A DNA stretch of 63,971 nucleotides, counting the filler, from Octopus bimaculoides (Eukaryota), in NCBI RefSeq assembly GCF_001194135.2. It is 5 parts of 5 records of this genome, joined end to end, with 100 filler letters (N's around TTAATTAATTAA, not from the genome) between each part and the next. Parts side by side here need not be neighbours in the genome. Positions count along the whole stretch, not along the records: positions 47,156 to 61,993 come from NC_068995.1; positions 62,094 to 63,971 come from NW_026344523.1; 3 more parts are not named here. One strand, written 5' to 3'. Every line of letters begins with the position of its first letter. The stretch's first letter is position 1. Positions 50,960 through 63,331 of the stretch are shown in pieces. The notes under the pieces were generated by a model. The model searched no databases and was not told where the DNA came from. It saw only the letters and a program-made list of their open reading frames with translations. Made by a program: the position numbers and the translations under genes.

Positions 50960-52270
50960 GAAGAAGTAGAATATGAATCAATTTCCGTCGAAGTCAGCTT
51001 TGCTAATCCTTCTCTTTAGTTCGATAAAGTACCAGTGAAATACTGGGATCGATTCTTAGTTTTATATTTAAATGAGAAACGAATCGGATAAAATGTTTAG
51101 CGGCATTTCTTCCGACTCATTACCTTGTTATTTCAACTTCCACCGAGGTCGACATTGCTTATTATCTTTTCGGAGTTCTTAAAATAAGTACCGGTTGAGC
51201 ATTGGGGTTTGATGCAATCGATTTCCAGTTTCACTCAAAATTGCTGCCTTTGTTAAAAAAAAAGATCAGAAAGAATTATTATAAGTGGAAATTAAACAGA
51301 ATCATTAGAATGTCAAAAAGGAAAAGAAGACGTAGCGTCAATCATTCTTCCCAGGTTTTTATGTTGTCAATTCAAGTCCCACCATTCATTTTATCGGATT
51401 CCACATGAGAATGCATCAGTCAAGTAATGATATCGACTGATACCTCTCCTTTTAAAACTGCTCACCTCGTGACTCAGTTATAAACCTATATTAATTAAAG
51501 CAGGCAGCGAGCTGGCAGAATCCTTAAGACACCGGGCGAAATGCTTAGCGGTATTTTGTCTGCCGTTACGTTCTGAGTTCAAATTCCGACGAGGTCGACT
51601 TTGCCTTTCATACCTTTTGGTGTCAATAAAATACGTACCAGTTAAACACTGGGATTTAATGAACTCGATTCTTCCTTCCTCTGATATTTCTGTCTTTGTG
51701 CCAAAATTTGGCTCTGTCGTTAGTTATAGCGGGCGGTGAGCTGGCAGAATCGATAGTGGATCTTATTCTGACTCTTTACGTTCTGAGTTCAAATTCCACC
51801 GAGGTCGATTTTGCCTTTCATCTTTTCGGAGTAGATAAAATAAGTACCAGTTACGCACTGCAGTCGATGTAATCGACTAGCCCCCTCCTCCAAAATTTCA
51901 AGCCTTGTGCCTATATTAGAAAGGATTACTAACTATAGCGGGCGGCGACTTTGCATTTCATCAATCGGATTCGATAAAATACGTACCAGCTGAGCGCTGG
52001 GGTCGATGTAATCGACTGGTTCCCTTCCCCAAACTTCCTGGCCTTGTGCCAAAATTTGAAACCTATATTGAGGGCCACGGGGTGGGGGGCGTCACTTGAT
52101 AACATCTAATACAGTATTTGACTGGTATTTATTTTATGAACCTCCCCCTCCCACCAACCGAAAGAATGAAATGGCAATGATGACCGTGGGGTGGATTTGA
52201 ACTCAGAACGTAAAGAGCCGGAGTAAAATGCAGGAAAGCTTATTTTCCGACGCTCTATCGATTGTCCGCT
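50960..52270. mobile_element. Cluster of at least 5 SINE family B copies (mostly + tandem, last one -)
   Basis: Heads or bodies at ~51090, 51503, 51731, 51941 (+) and ~52080-52270 (-). Confidence 0.85.
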
Positions 52271-52666
52271 TACCGTCTTTTAAAGAGTTCCCGTAACAAC
52301 AAGAACAAGAACAAGAACAAGAACAAGAAGAACAACAACAACGGCTATACTACCATGAGAAACTATTACAGAAACCACAACATTGAGAACAAACGCTGCC
52401 TTCACCACCACCACAACAACAATAACAACAACAATAACAAAACAAGAACAACAACAACAACTATAACAGTGTTTTATTGTGGAGGATATAAAAGGACATA
52501 TTTGAAATCCCGTTAAAGAATTTTTGCCCCTCCCCTTTTTCGTTCTCTTTTTTCTTCCTCTTTTTCTTTATCTTTGTCTGTCTCTGTCTGACTGTCTCCC
52601 TCTCTTCTCTCTCACCCTCTCTTCTTCTTCGTCTCTCTCTCTCTCTTTCTCTCTTTGAATATACAG

Positions 52667-52770
52667 GCTCTCCGAGGACGAGGCTAGCGTTGCGCATGGT
52701 GGCAGCGGTGGGGATAATTGTGCTGGCGATGGTGATGGCGGCGGCGGCGGCGGCGGCGGCGGTGGTGGTG
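52667..52770 (+). other. Candidate Gly-rich exon
   Basis: Long pyrimidine tract plus atacag acceptor; frame LSEDEASVAHGGSGGDNCAGDGDG(G)n; donor GTG|gtaacg. Confidence 0.22.
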
Positions 52771-53433
52771 GTAACGGGTTTTCGCTGTGGTGGTGCAGTT
52801 AATGCTGATGCTGGTGATGGCGGTGACTGTGTTGGTGGTGGTNNNNNNNNNNNNNNNNNNNNNNNNNNNNNNNNNNNNNNNNNNNNNNNNNNNNNNNNNN
52901 NNNNNNNNNNNNNNNNNNNNNNNNNNNNNNNNNNNNNNNNNNNNNNNNNNNNNNNNNNNNNNNNNNNNNNNNNNNNNNNNNNNNNNNNNNNNNNNNNNNN
53001 NNNNNNNNNNNNNNNNNNNNNNNNNNNNNNNNNNNNNNNNNNNNNNNNNNNNNNNNNNNNNNNNNNNNNNNNNNNNNNNNNNNNNNNNNNNNNNNNNNNN
53101 NNNNNNNNNNNNNNNNNNNNNNNNNNNNNNNNNNNNNNNNNNNNNNNNNNNNNNNNNNNNNNNNNNNNNNNNNNNNNNNNNNNNNNNNNNNNNNNNNNNN
53201 NNNNNNNNNNNNNNNNNNNNNNNNNNNNNNNNNNNNNNNNNNNNNNNNNNNNNNNNNNNNNNNNNNAGTCTTGTTGTTTTGTTGTTGATTGTAGCAAGGT
53301 TTAAATTTCTTGTGTTGTTGCTGATGATGATGATGATGATGAATACAACAACGAGGAAGATGTCAATGATGATCAGGATGGTGATGATGATGATGACGAT
53401 GATGATGACGATGATGATGATGATGATGATGAC

Positions 53434-53479
<46 letters not shown>

Positions 53480-53925
53480 GTAGTGAGGGTGGCGACGGCG
53501 GCCGTGGTATTGTTATAATGTGAGTGCAGTGTACTAGATAAAAATATCACACACGCACACACACACGCACATACACACACACACACACGCACACATGATC
53601 ACACACATGATCACACACATGCTCAAACACACAAACACACAGTTACACACAGACATACAGACAGATGAACCAAAAGTATAAAAAAAAAATCGGTCAGTTG
53701 ATAAGAGGACACATTATTGTCAAACGATGGAAATTTGATGGATTATTTTAGTTTGCTTTGCTGCTGCTGCTGCTGCGGTTGTTGTTGTTGTTGTAGTGGT
53801 GGTAGTTGTACTGTTGATTTATTTATACGGTTTTTTTTTTTGCTTTATCTGTCTGTTTGGTTTTGTTTGTTTTTGCTCGGATTCCTTCATATTAAACTAC
53901 ATATAGTTTTGCCTATTATTTAGGG

Positions 53926-54262
53926 CAGTGGTTCTCAAACATCTTTTTTTTTCTATGGATCCCTTTGTTTCCTATTTTACTCATGTGGACCCCTCATAAG
54001 CATTCGATGTATGAAAAAAAAATACTATTATATGTTAATAATTAAATATCATTAGGAATTCTATGAAACATTGTTAAAATATTTTGTGTATTATAGAAAT
54101 GTAACCAATAAATTACACATAAATTCCAACAGCAAAATTGTATATAGACCCCACAAGGCTCATATAGACCCCAAGGCTCATATGAATCCCAAGAGCTCAT
54201 ATGAATCCCAAGGGCTCATATGAATCCCAAGTGCTGATATGGACCCCGGTTCAGAACAACTA
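53926..54262. mobile_element. hAT (Charlie-like) MITE
   Basis: TIR cagtggttctcaaac / ggttcagaacaacta; perfect 8-bp TSD ATTTAGGG (53918-53925, 54263-54270); subterminal 19-20-bp tandem repeats. Confidence 0.88.
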
Positions 54263-54473
54263 ATTTAGGGAGGTCAGAGCACCATACATGTTTCTTTATG
54301 CTTGTAAGGGCCTCTGACTCCCTTAGAAAATGGTGGTTGAGAATATTGTCAAGCGAGAAAACTGTCTTCAATGTTGACAAAATGAACTCCAAGATGTCAT
54401 GCCACAGAGTCAAAGCCTGCACTTCAGCTAGAAGGAATATAATAGTAACTGTCATCGTTTGAGGATATTAGTA

Positions 54474-54930
54474 AGGCGGCGAGATGGTAGAAACGTTAGC
54501 ACATTGGGCAAAATGCATAGCAGCGTTTCTTCCGACTCATTCCGTTGTTAGTTCAAATCCTGCCTGTGTCGTCTTTACCGTTCATCATTCACAGGTCGAT
54601 AAAGTAAGTACCAGTTGAGTACTGGGGTCGATGTAATTGACTTAAACTTTTCTCCGAACTTGCTGGCCTTGTACCAAGATTTGGAATCATCATTATTATT
54701 AGTAGTAGTAGGGATAAAGCGGGAAATTTGCAGAATCGTTACCGCTCCGGACAAAATGCTTAGCGGCAGTTGGTTCTACTTAAGTTCTGAATTCAAATTC
54801 TGCCGAGATCGACTTTGCCATTCATCCTTTCGGGGTCAATAAAATAAGTACCAGTTGAGTACTGGGGTCGATGTAATCGATTTATCTTCTCCCACTAAAT
54901 TTCTAGCCTTGTGTCAAAATTTGAAATCTT
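54474..54930 (+). mobile_element. Two tandem SINE family B copies
   Basis: Heads at ~54474 and ~54716, each with gtaccagttgagtactggggtcgatgtaat. Confidence 0.85.
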
Positions 54931-55298
54931 TATTATTACTAGTATTAGCAATGGTAGTAGAAGTGGTAGCGATGATAGTGTATGTTCGTTGTTGCTGTTG
55001 TTTAATGTTATCTTAGCATTTCATCCCGATTTAGTATTTTGCCATCAACCAAACGTAAATAGATACAAATTTATAAATAAATAATTCCTAAGTATCCATC
55101 CATTGAGTTTATCAGGTAAATTCCGTCAAGTTCAGCTGTTAGAATCATTAAAATAAATTAGCTTTACGGGAAACTAAGACTCATAAATTCACCACCTCTT
55201 TTTCACTGTTTCCAGTGATAATGTCAATAAGATTCTCTGAAAAATTAGCAAAGACAAATTCTTTAGATTGTTAACCTGCTAGCTAAACATTCTTTAAG

Positions 55299-55336
55299 AA
55301 GAACAGTATTTTTGGAATGGTATTGACCGATATTTG
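55299..55336 (+). other. Candidate 38-nt exon
   Basis: Acceptor cattctttaag, donor TTG|gtaaac; frame EEQYFWNGIDRYL. Confidence 0.2.
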
Positions 55337-55569
55337 GTAAACTCAACAGCCAGTGCCGAATTCCTTAAACAGGAATTTGATGGCCTCGACTCTTTTTCGG
55401 CAAAAGAATGAAAAAAAAATGATTTACTGATGAGAGTATAATAATATCCAAACAAACCAGGAATTGGTTCCCATATATGGCACTGTTAATCAAGTTATAT
55501 TACTTATTCACTTATATTGTTTTTTTTTTCTATCTTCATAATTTCTTGCTATTTAAATATTAGTTTCAA

Positions 55570-56050
55570 ATCTTGGCACAAGACCTGCAATTTTGAGGGC
55601 AGGTTAAGTCGATTAAATTGAACCCAGTACTCAAGTGGTACTTATTTCATCGATCCTGAGAGGATGAAAGCATAGATAGCCTAGGCAGAAATTGAACTCA
55701 GAACGTAAAGGAAAGCGAAATGCCTCAGAAAGTTGCTAGCAGGCGACTACAAAGAATCGACGCCTGTAATTCTTAGACATTGGCTGAGCTCTCTGTACCA
55801 TTAGGCTATGCGTCTCTGACGAGTTGTTTATATATTACTTCACTAAAGATATTGATTCGGCTCGAGGCCAGCATGCTCTGGGTGGGGTGGGGGATACGTC
55901 GATTACATCGACCCCAGTGTTCAACAGGTAATTAGTTTATCGACCACGGAAGAATGAAAGATAAAGTCAATCTCGGCGTAATTTCAAGTCAGAACGTAAA
56001 GACGGACGAAATGCCTCCAAACATTTTGCCCGTCGTGCCAGCACGCTGCC
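55570..56050 (-). mobile_element. Two SINE family B copies (55570-55730, 55865-56050)
   Basis: Reverse-complement B bodies (gaactcagaacgtaaag; gtcagaacgtaaagacggacgaaatgcc). Confidence 0.82.
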
Positions 56051-56495
56051 TTGCATTCACTAAATACTAGAAGTCATTTTCTGTCAGTTCATGGGCAATG
56101 ATTTTTCCTTCGCTTCAGCATCAGAATACGTCTATTGATGCTTAAACTTAGCTCAGACCAAGCAGAAGACATATATTGTATAAGCATTCCAGCTTTGAAG
56201 ACCATGTGTTCGTACATCAACAGCTACATTACCCAATGTGTCTTTTACATTTCAATACAGCTGAGTATTTTTGGAGGAAATTTATATCCTGTCACGAACA
56301 GATCTGGCGATTACATATAATGTCTCCAGTTTTAAGTGTTGCTCTAAGTAGCCGCTGCAATTTGAACGTGACGACAGGTTCTTCATCTCTGCGTATATTA
56401 CTGTTACCCAATTTTGTCGACGGCTGATGAGAGAAAACTCAAAATCATCATAAATGAACAAGTAAACGTTGTTTGCAATTGGTGCTATAGTGACC

Positions 56496-56509
56496 GTTGC
56501 CATAGAAAC
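56496..56509. promoter_or_regulatory. RFX X-box-like palindrome GTTGCCATAGAAAC
   Basis: 12/14 match to the GTTGCCATGGCAAC palindrome, in unique non-repeat DNA; motif only. Confidence 0.3.
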
Positions 56510-56722
56510 ACAATGACAATTTTATAGTCGTTGTTGCACTACACATTCCTCCTCCTCCTCCTCCATTTGCTGCACAGATTCCACAAGCCAAGTACCTCGG
56601 ATATGGTGTTTGCAGATGGAGTCTATATTACCACGCAAGTGGCCGGGGTGCTGTGCTGTAAGGAATGTGAGATCGTTCCAGGAACTATATTGTTGCGAGT
56701 GAACGTTTTAACCGCACATTCT

Positions 56723-56953
56723 TATTTCTTTATTGCCCACAAGGGGCTAAACATAGAGGGGACAAACAAGGACAGACAGAGGGATTAAGTCGATTCCATC
56801 GACCTCAGTGCGTAACTGGTACTTTATTTATCGACGCCCAAAGGATGAAAGGCAAAGTTGACCTCGGCGGAATTTGAACTCAGAACGTAGCGGCAGACGA
56901 AATATCTCTAAGCATTTCGCCCGGCGCGCTAATGTTTCTGTTAGCTCGTCGCC
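56723..56953 (-). mobile_element. SINE family B, near-complete
   Basis: Near-identical to 48855-49084. Confidence 0.92.
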
Positions 56954-56999
56954 TTGCGTCCGTGAGTATGTATGTGCGCGCGTGTGTGTGTGTGTGTGT

Positions 57000-57083
<84 letters not shown>

Positions 57084-57278
57084 GTACTTTTGACTGTGCA
57101 TTGTTTACACCGAGGCAGGACAAAGATCACCACGAAGACGGAAGTCAGGGTTGTTATCTAATTTATCTACAAATCTTTTATCTTGGACATTTTTCTCTCA
57201 CACCGATATGTTAGTCATTGCTCAACACCACTCTCTCTCTCTCACTCAAAGGAGAAGTCATATCTATCTATCTATCCA

Positions 57279-57315
<37 letters not shown>

Positions 57316-57348
57316 GTATATACATATGTGTGTGTATATATATATGTG

Positions 57349-57402
<54 letters not shown>

Positions 57403-57587
57403 TGTGTATATGTGCGTATGTTTGTGTGTGATTGTGTGTGTGTGTGTGTGTAATGACTCAACTTCACGTGATATTTTTCTTAGTGTATATTTCTATATAC
57501 GAGCAAATACTTAAAAAACGCATGAGCAGGTTGCATATATATAGGCGCGCGAACACACACACACACGCTCGCTCACACACACACACG

Positions 57588-57646
<59 letters not shown>

Positions 57647-57883
57647 GTTCGTTTGGTATGTCGATTCACTGTTTATTTCTATTTTTCTTGACCATATTAT
57701 ACTGACGAGTAGAAGTTGTATAATACTACAATAACTACGAAATCATGATCTATAATTTAGTTCGTTTTTAAGGAGTTGGTTTTGAGAGTTGCGTTTCCTC
57801 GCATTCGGTAAAAATGTGCTTTTTATAGTAGTCTGACCTTAGAGTCCCCCATGGCGTGAGGCGTTATTGTATAGTGATGCCCT

Positions 57884-57918
<35 letters not shown>

Positions 57919-59496
57919 TGCATAACTTATAACTAGTAATATAGCGACAATGTCAAAATCTTGGCAACTAAATTTCATAGATCAAGTAGTATATACGTAT
58001 ATACGTCTTTACTGATACTTAGTTTTAACGACACGCGAAAGAGCAAACGGAAGAGATAACTGATTTGGGATTTGAACTCGAAACCTGAAAAGCAATAGCC
58101 GAAAAAAAGCAACAAAAACTGTTGTGGATACTAACCGTTGCTTTACCGATTCCGCCAATCTACTGACTTGATAAGTAAGCGGAGGAGATAAACATTTAAA
58201 CATATTAAAAGATATCAATTTATTTTTTATATTGTATAATCTTTAAACTTTTTGTTTCTTTCAGTCATTGCACTGAAAGAAATAACACACATATGTATGT
58301 GTGTGTATGCGTGTTTATGAATATGTGTGTGCCTTTGTGTTTCTCCTCCACCAGATCTTCACAGCGGGTACTGGTTTGTTTACGTTCACGTAAATTATCG
58401 GTTGAGCAAAAATAAAGGGACAGAATGAAGTGCCATCCTTTCTAAAAAGTATGTACTGGGGTCTATTCGTTTGACGATAAACCTTCAAGGCGATGCTCCA
58501 GGATTGCCGCCGACAAATGAGTGAGATAAATAAGAGAAAAATGATTAAAGAAAGATATCACAACGAAAATATGGAATAATTAATGCAACTAGATATTCTC
58601 TATGCAATCTGCTGAGACGTGTAACTTTTTTCAGAGTTTTTTCATCTCCTCAGTCACTGTTGAACTAAAGACAGCTCTTCGTTTAGTCATGTATCGTTCA
58701 GGAGACATTATTAAAACAGTTGTTGGTATATAAAGGGTTCACATGATTTAATATAACTACGTTGCCCTGGTAGAATTTAAGCGATTCAGATGTTAACTAC
58801 ACTCTGCAGGGAATAACATTTAGTCTCTTTTCTCTATCATTAACGGATGCTCTTTCCAATTAAACGGCCTCTGTTCTTACATTCACTAAGTGAAAATGAA
58901 CGAAAAATATATATCAGAATGTCAGAATCTGTAACGTTCTAAGTTAGGGGATGGAGTGTATAGTAATGATCTTTTATTGTTGCCAATTCCATGAATTATA
59001 CGAGAAACAATGGGAGTTAAACTGAACCGAGTGCAAGTCGCCAACAACTACATCAGAGAGCTGTTCAAATGTATATGGATTACCACAATAAAAATTGAAA
59101 CAAACTGCAGAACTACGAATTAGTAAATTAAGGGTTTATTATTTTGTTTCTCATCACAGATAAGACCCCTATGAAATCAGCAATTCGTCTTGGATTATAA
59201 CATATTTGTTTTTCCCCGCCGCATTGGATTTCCTTGGTTGGTTAAGTTAATTTCGTTTTCAACTCTTGTCTCTAGTTATCGACATTTGGTACTGTTTGAA
59301 TTGTCAGATAACCGATATGGAACCCGAATCTAATTGATTACATTGACAGTCTGGAAAGAAAAGTATAACAAAAGATGTGTGCGTATACATACATACATAC
59401 ATACATACGAACACACACATACACACATACATAATATATATATATATATATATATATATAAACATACACATATCTATCTATCTATCTATCTATCTG

Positions 59497-59553
<57 letters not shown>

Positions 59554-60321
59554 ATATATGGATGTATGTATACATATATATATGTATACATACGTATGTA
59601 TGTATCAAAACAAACGAAAATTCTGATAAGCTTCTGACAGTTTAAGGTCATTGAACCTGACTAAAGTTAACAAGTCAGGAGGATTGCTGAAATTTAAAAT
59701 AAAATGAATAAGTAAAACGTAAAGGAAAATACACTTAAATCAAAACAGAAAAGAAGGGAAAAAAATGAAAACAATGTAAACTGAAATATATGATGCAGAG
59801 CACTGAATTGCCTCCAAAGAGAAGCACAAGTTGGAACATTAAGTTGTTAATATAGGCTTACTGACTGTATATGCAACAAAATAATTTCGTTAGCATATAA
59901 CACACAGATGCACGCACCCACTCACAAATATATGCGCATGCGTCAGTAATCACAGACGTCCTCAAAAGCATATACCCAGACACACAGATACAAATGTACC
60001 TACACTCATGTGCACATATGTGTGTGCATGTGTATGTGCGTGTGTGTGTGGGTGTTCGTCTGTATCTCTGTGTGTGTCTGTGTGTATGTTTGTAGAAATG
60101 GTAAGTTACGTACGAGAGCGTGGTTTTATTGAAAACAATTTAACGTAGTCCTGGAAACCTAATGAAGTCTTTAAACCCAGAGTTTTTTCTTCTCTATCCC
60201 TGCTCAGACAATGACATCGATCTAACTTAGTTCATCACTCATTAAAGCCTCATCAGGGATCGATTACTCTCATTTCCTGTATACTCTCTCTCTCTCTATA
60301 TATATATATAGATATATAAGT

Positions 60322-60633
60322 GGAGGCGCAATGGCCCAGTGGTTAGGGCAGTGGACTCGTAGTTTCGATTCCCAGATCGGGCTTTGGAAGTGTTTATTGA
60401 GCGAAAAAACCTAAAGCTCCACAATGCTCCGGCAGCGGGGGGAGAACCTTGATGTACTCTTTCACTTTTCACCACAACTTCCTCTCACTTTTTCTTCATG
60501 TTTCTGTTGTACGTGTATTTCAAAGGGCCAGCCTTGTTACACACTGTGTCACGCTGAATCTCCCCGAGAAGCAGGCTGTTCCGTTGATCGGATCAACTGG
60601 AACACGCTTCGCCGTAACCGACGGAATGCCACG
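60322..60633 (+). mobile_element. SINE family C with tRNA-like head
   Basis: A-box tggcccagtggttagg, B-box gtttcgattcc, TCG (Arg-like) at the anticodon position; lacks ~60 bp present in the 12771 copy. Confidence 0.85.
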
Positions 60634-60638
60634 ATATG

Positions 60639-60676
<38 letters not shown>

Positions 60677-60830
60677 AAGGGTGCGATGAATAAACTGACG
60701 TCTAAATTACGCAAAAATGAAAATAATACTGACATCTCATTTTAACAGATACATTTACCAAAATTACATAAAAATATCCTGAAATACTAAAGAAGAAATT
60801 TATTCAATAAAATCGCCATTGGCTTCAACC
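60677..60830 (-). mobile_element. Terminal fragment of the same maT family as 38849-40102
   Basis: TA|aagggtgcgatgaataaactgacgtctaaatt..ttcaataaaatcgccattggcttc aligns with 38849-38990. Confidence 0.88.
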
Positions 60831-61476
60831 ACCTGGTCACTGGGCCGCGCGGTGGTCTACAGGCTCTTGTGGATAGATGCTTAGGGTTCTACCGCGCAGT
60901 CGGTAGAAGGAAAAAGATGAAGCGAGAATCGAGGGTACCTGAGGAGGACAAGCTATTATTATGGAGACGGATAACAGAGCGAGGAGACGGCAGGCCAGAA
61001 AGCCAGATGCTAGGGTGTTTCCGTTAGATAACGTCTCAATCAACGGCGTTACCCTCTCTGGTTGCGGACAACAATGATAGCGCATGTAACCATAACAACG
61101 TTACTCATGTGGATTCAGTACTCCATATTTACCCATAATTAAATCCCTTAAATTGCTTTAAATTGACTGCGAAATATTGAAAACTAGAGGCGGACCATGC
61201 CTAGAAATAAAAGTAAGAATATATTTAAAAAAACAAAACAGTTTGTGTAAAATATAATTAACACTACTCAGTGTCTATTGCACTTAATGATCATATCAAA
61301 AAGAGTGAACGACCTGAAGATCTCTGCTGATGTTTGGAAATATTTGCTTGACATAGAAGATACGTGTAATTATTCACCGTCATTTGTATATATATAAATA
61401 TATATAGATGTGTATGTGTGAATGTATAGCTATGTATATATATATATATGTATATGTATATATGTTTGTGTAAATA

Positions 61477-61518
<42 letters not shown>

Positions 61519-61962
61519 GGTACTATGTGTGTTTGTGTATATGTGCACGAATTCTTTGGATGTACAGAAACGCTTGCACGCATCTGTATGTATGTACAAC
61601 TTGTCTGAACGTACGTAAGTGATTAGGTATATATATATATGTACTATGTACATTTACCTCGTTATGAGTTTACATATGAGACCGTGCGCCTGTTCGTGCA
61701 TGTAGACATGGATGTAAATAGACGTTCGTACATGTGCGTGTGTGTGTGTTTTGTGTATGTATGTATGTGTGTGTGTGTGGGGGGGTGTTCGCGTGTCCGT
61801 GCATAAAGGTATATGTATGTAAATATACATATATGCCTAGAAATACACGTAGCTGTCTATCAAACTATCTAATTTGCATTTCCCGCCGGGTCCGTATATA
61901 TCTACACACACACACACACACTTATATACAATATATATTCATACACACATACATACATTTAC

Positions 61963-61993
<31 letters not shown>

Positions 61994-62093
61994 NNNNNNN
62001 NNNNNNNNNNNNNNNNNNNNNNNNNNNNNNNNNNNNNTTAATTAATTAANNNNNNNNNNNNNNNNNNNNNNNNNNNNNNNNNNNNNNNNNNNN

Positions 62094-62480
62094 ACATTAC
62101 CTGGGCATACTCTGTCAGGAAGACAACATCAGAATCAGTGAAGATCTGCAGCTTCAGTTGTGTCATCACCCTGTGGAGAGTTACCCTATTCTTCTTCAGC
62201 AGGTTTTTGAGGGCAACAGAGTCGAAGGTACAGTTCCATTTGGTATTGTTGGGGACCACCGGCCTCCTCCAGAATGCGAGCGCAGAAGGCACATGTGACG
62301 AGGTTGTCTTGACTGCATGAGCAAAGGCATGTAGGCACATGGCAGCGACGCTTCATGTGTCCTGGTAGGTTTAGGCCCAGGCTGTTGGACTCATCAAGGA
62401 TAGCATCAACGGAGATGTGCTCAACTTCGTCCACATCCCCAGCCTTGAGATCCACATCCAGGTCCACATCTTCGATGCCC
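62094..62480 (-). pseudogene. hAT transposase remnant (Ac/Tol2-like)
   Basis: Acidic patch, then LPGHMKRRCH, VVPNNTKWNCTFDSV and FTDSDVVFLTEYAQVM, resembling hAT LPxHxRCxxH, PxxTRWNSxF and FLxEYxxVM motifs. Confidence 0.7.
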
Positions 62481-62595
62481 TACTCGTCTAGATCACTATG
62501 AGCAAGATGCATTAGATGAGCTTGCTAATTTCGTATAGGAAATTAATACTAATCAGTAATGCTCACACCATCACAGCTGGTAGAGGCCAACTCAC

Positions 62596-62650
62596 CCTGT
62601 AATTATTATGGATAATGCCATTGGAATCAGTGACTGATTTCACAAAATTG
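62596..62650 (-). other. Candidate 55-nt exon
   Basis: Acceptor ttttataattttcacctag, donor AGG|gtgagt; single open frame NFVKSVTDSNGIIHNNYR. Confidence 0.3.
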
Positions 62651-63243
62651 CTAGGTGAAAATTATAAAATAATCAAGGAGTCTAGCAGCAATTTAAAACC
62701 AATGAGGAAATAATTCACTGTCCCTGTATATAAACTAATGCAGAGTATGAACAAACCCCACTAAAAAAAGAAAAAAAACACTAGACTCTCGTCCACATTT
62801 CCACGCAAGCTGAAATGGTTTTTGCGAGCAAGCAGTTTGTACAATTTTTGTGGGTGGAAGGAGACAGGACATTTGATTNNNNNNNNNNNNNNNNNNNNNN
62901 NNNNNNNNNNNNNNNNNNNNNNNNNNNNNNNNNNNNNNNNNNNNNNNNNNNNNNNNNNNNNNNNNNNNNNNNNNNNNNNNNNNNNNNNNNNNNNNNNNNN
63001 NAGAGTATGAACAAACCCCACTAAAAAAAGAAAAAAAACACTAGACTCTCGTCCACATTTCCACGCAAGCTGAAATGGTTTTTGCGAGCAAGCAGTTTGT
63101 ACAATTTTTGTGGGTGGAAGGAGACAGGACATTTGATTGCAGTATCTTATAACAATATTTTATTTATAGAAATCACAGAGTGCAGTTTAACATTTGTTAC
63201 AAGGCTGTTCTAAATTCAAGAAAATATTGCTTATAATTTAAAG

Positions 63244-63331
63244 CCTTGGAAAAAGTGACACTACATTGATAGATGACACACTGGGAGTGAGGAATAACCA
63301 AGATGAGGGATGGAAAGATGGTCAGAATTTG
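63244..63331 (+). other. Candidate exon (alternative start 63273)
   Basis: Strong donor TTG|gtaagt; single open frame LGKSDTTLIDDTLGVRNNQDEGWKDGQNL; acceptor weaker. Confidence 0.28.

Noticed and set aside
54141-54250. Regular short repeats resembling a CRISPR or novel array
   Set aside because: Units are adjacent with no unique spacers and lie inside a TSD-bounded hAT MITE in eukaryotic DNA
56423-56470. + strand CTGATGA-gag[aaaa]ctc-AAAA hammerhead-like motif; similar partial match near 55427
   Set aside because: G of GAAA missing, and no NUH triplet or stem I; likely chance
60322-60380. tRNA-like A/B boxes here and in SINE A and B heads
   Set aside because: No complete cloverleaf, and each continues into a multi-copy SINE body; not tRNA genes
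62743-63138. Exact ~136-bp direct repeat on either side of a gap
   Set aside because: Classic overlapping contig ends across a negative gap
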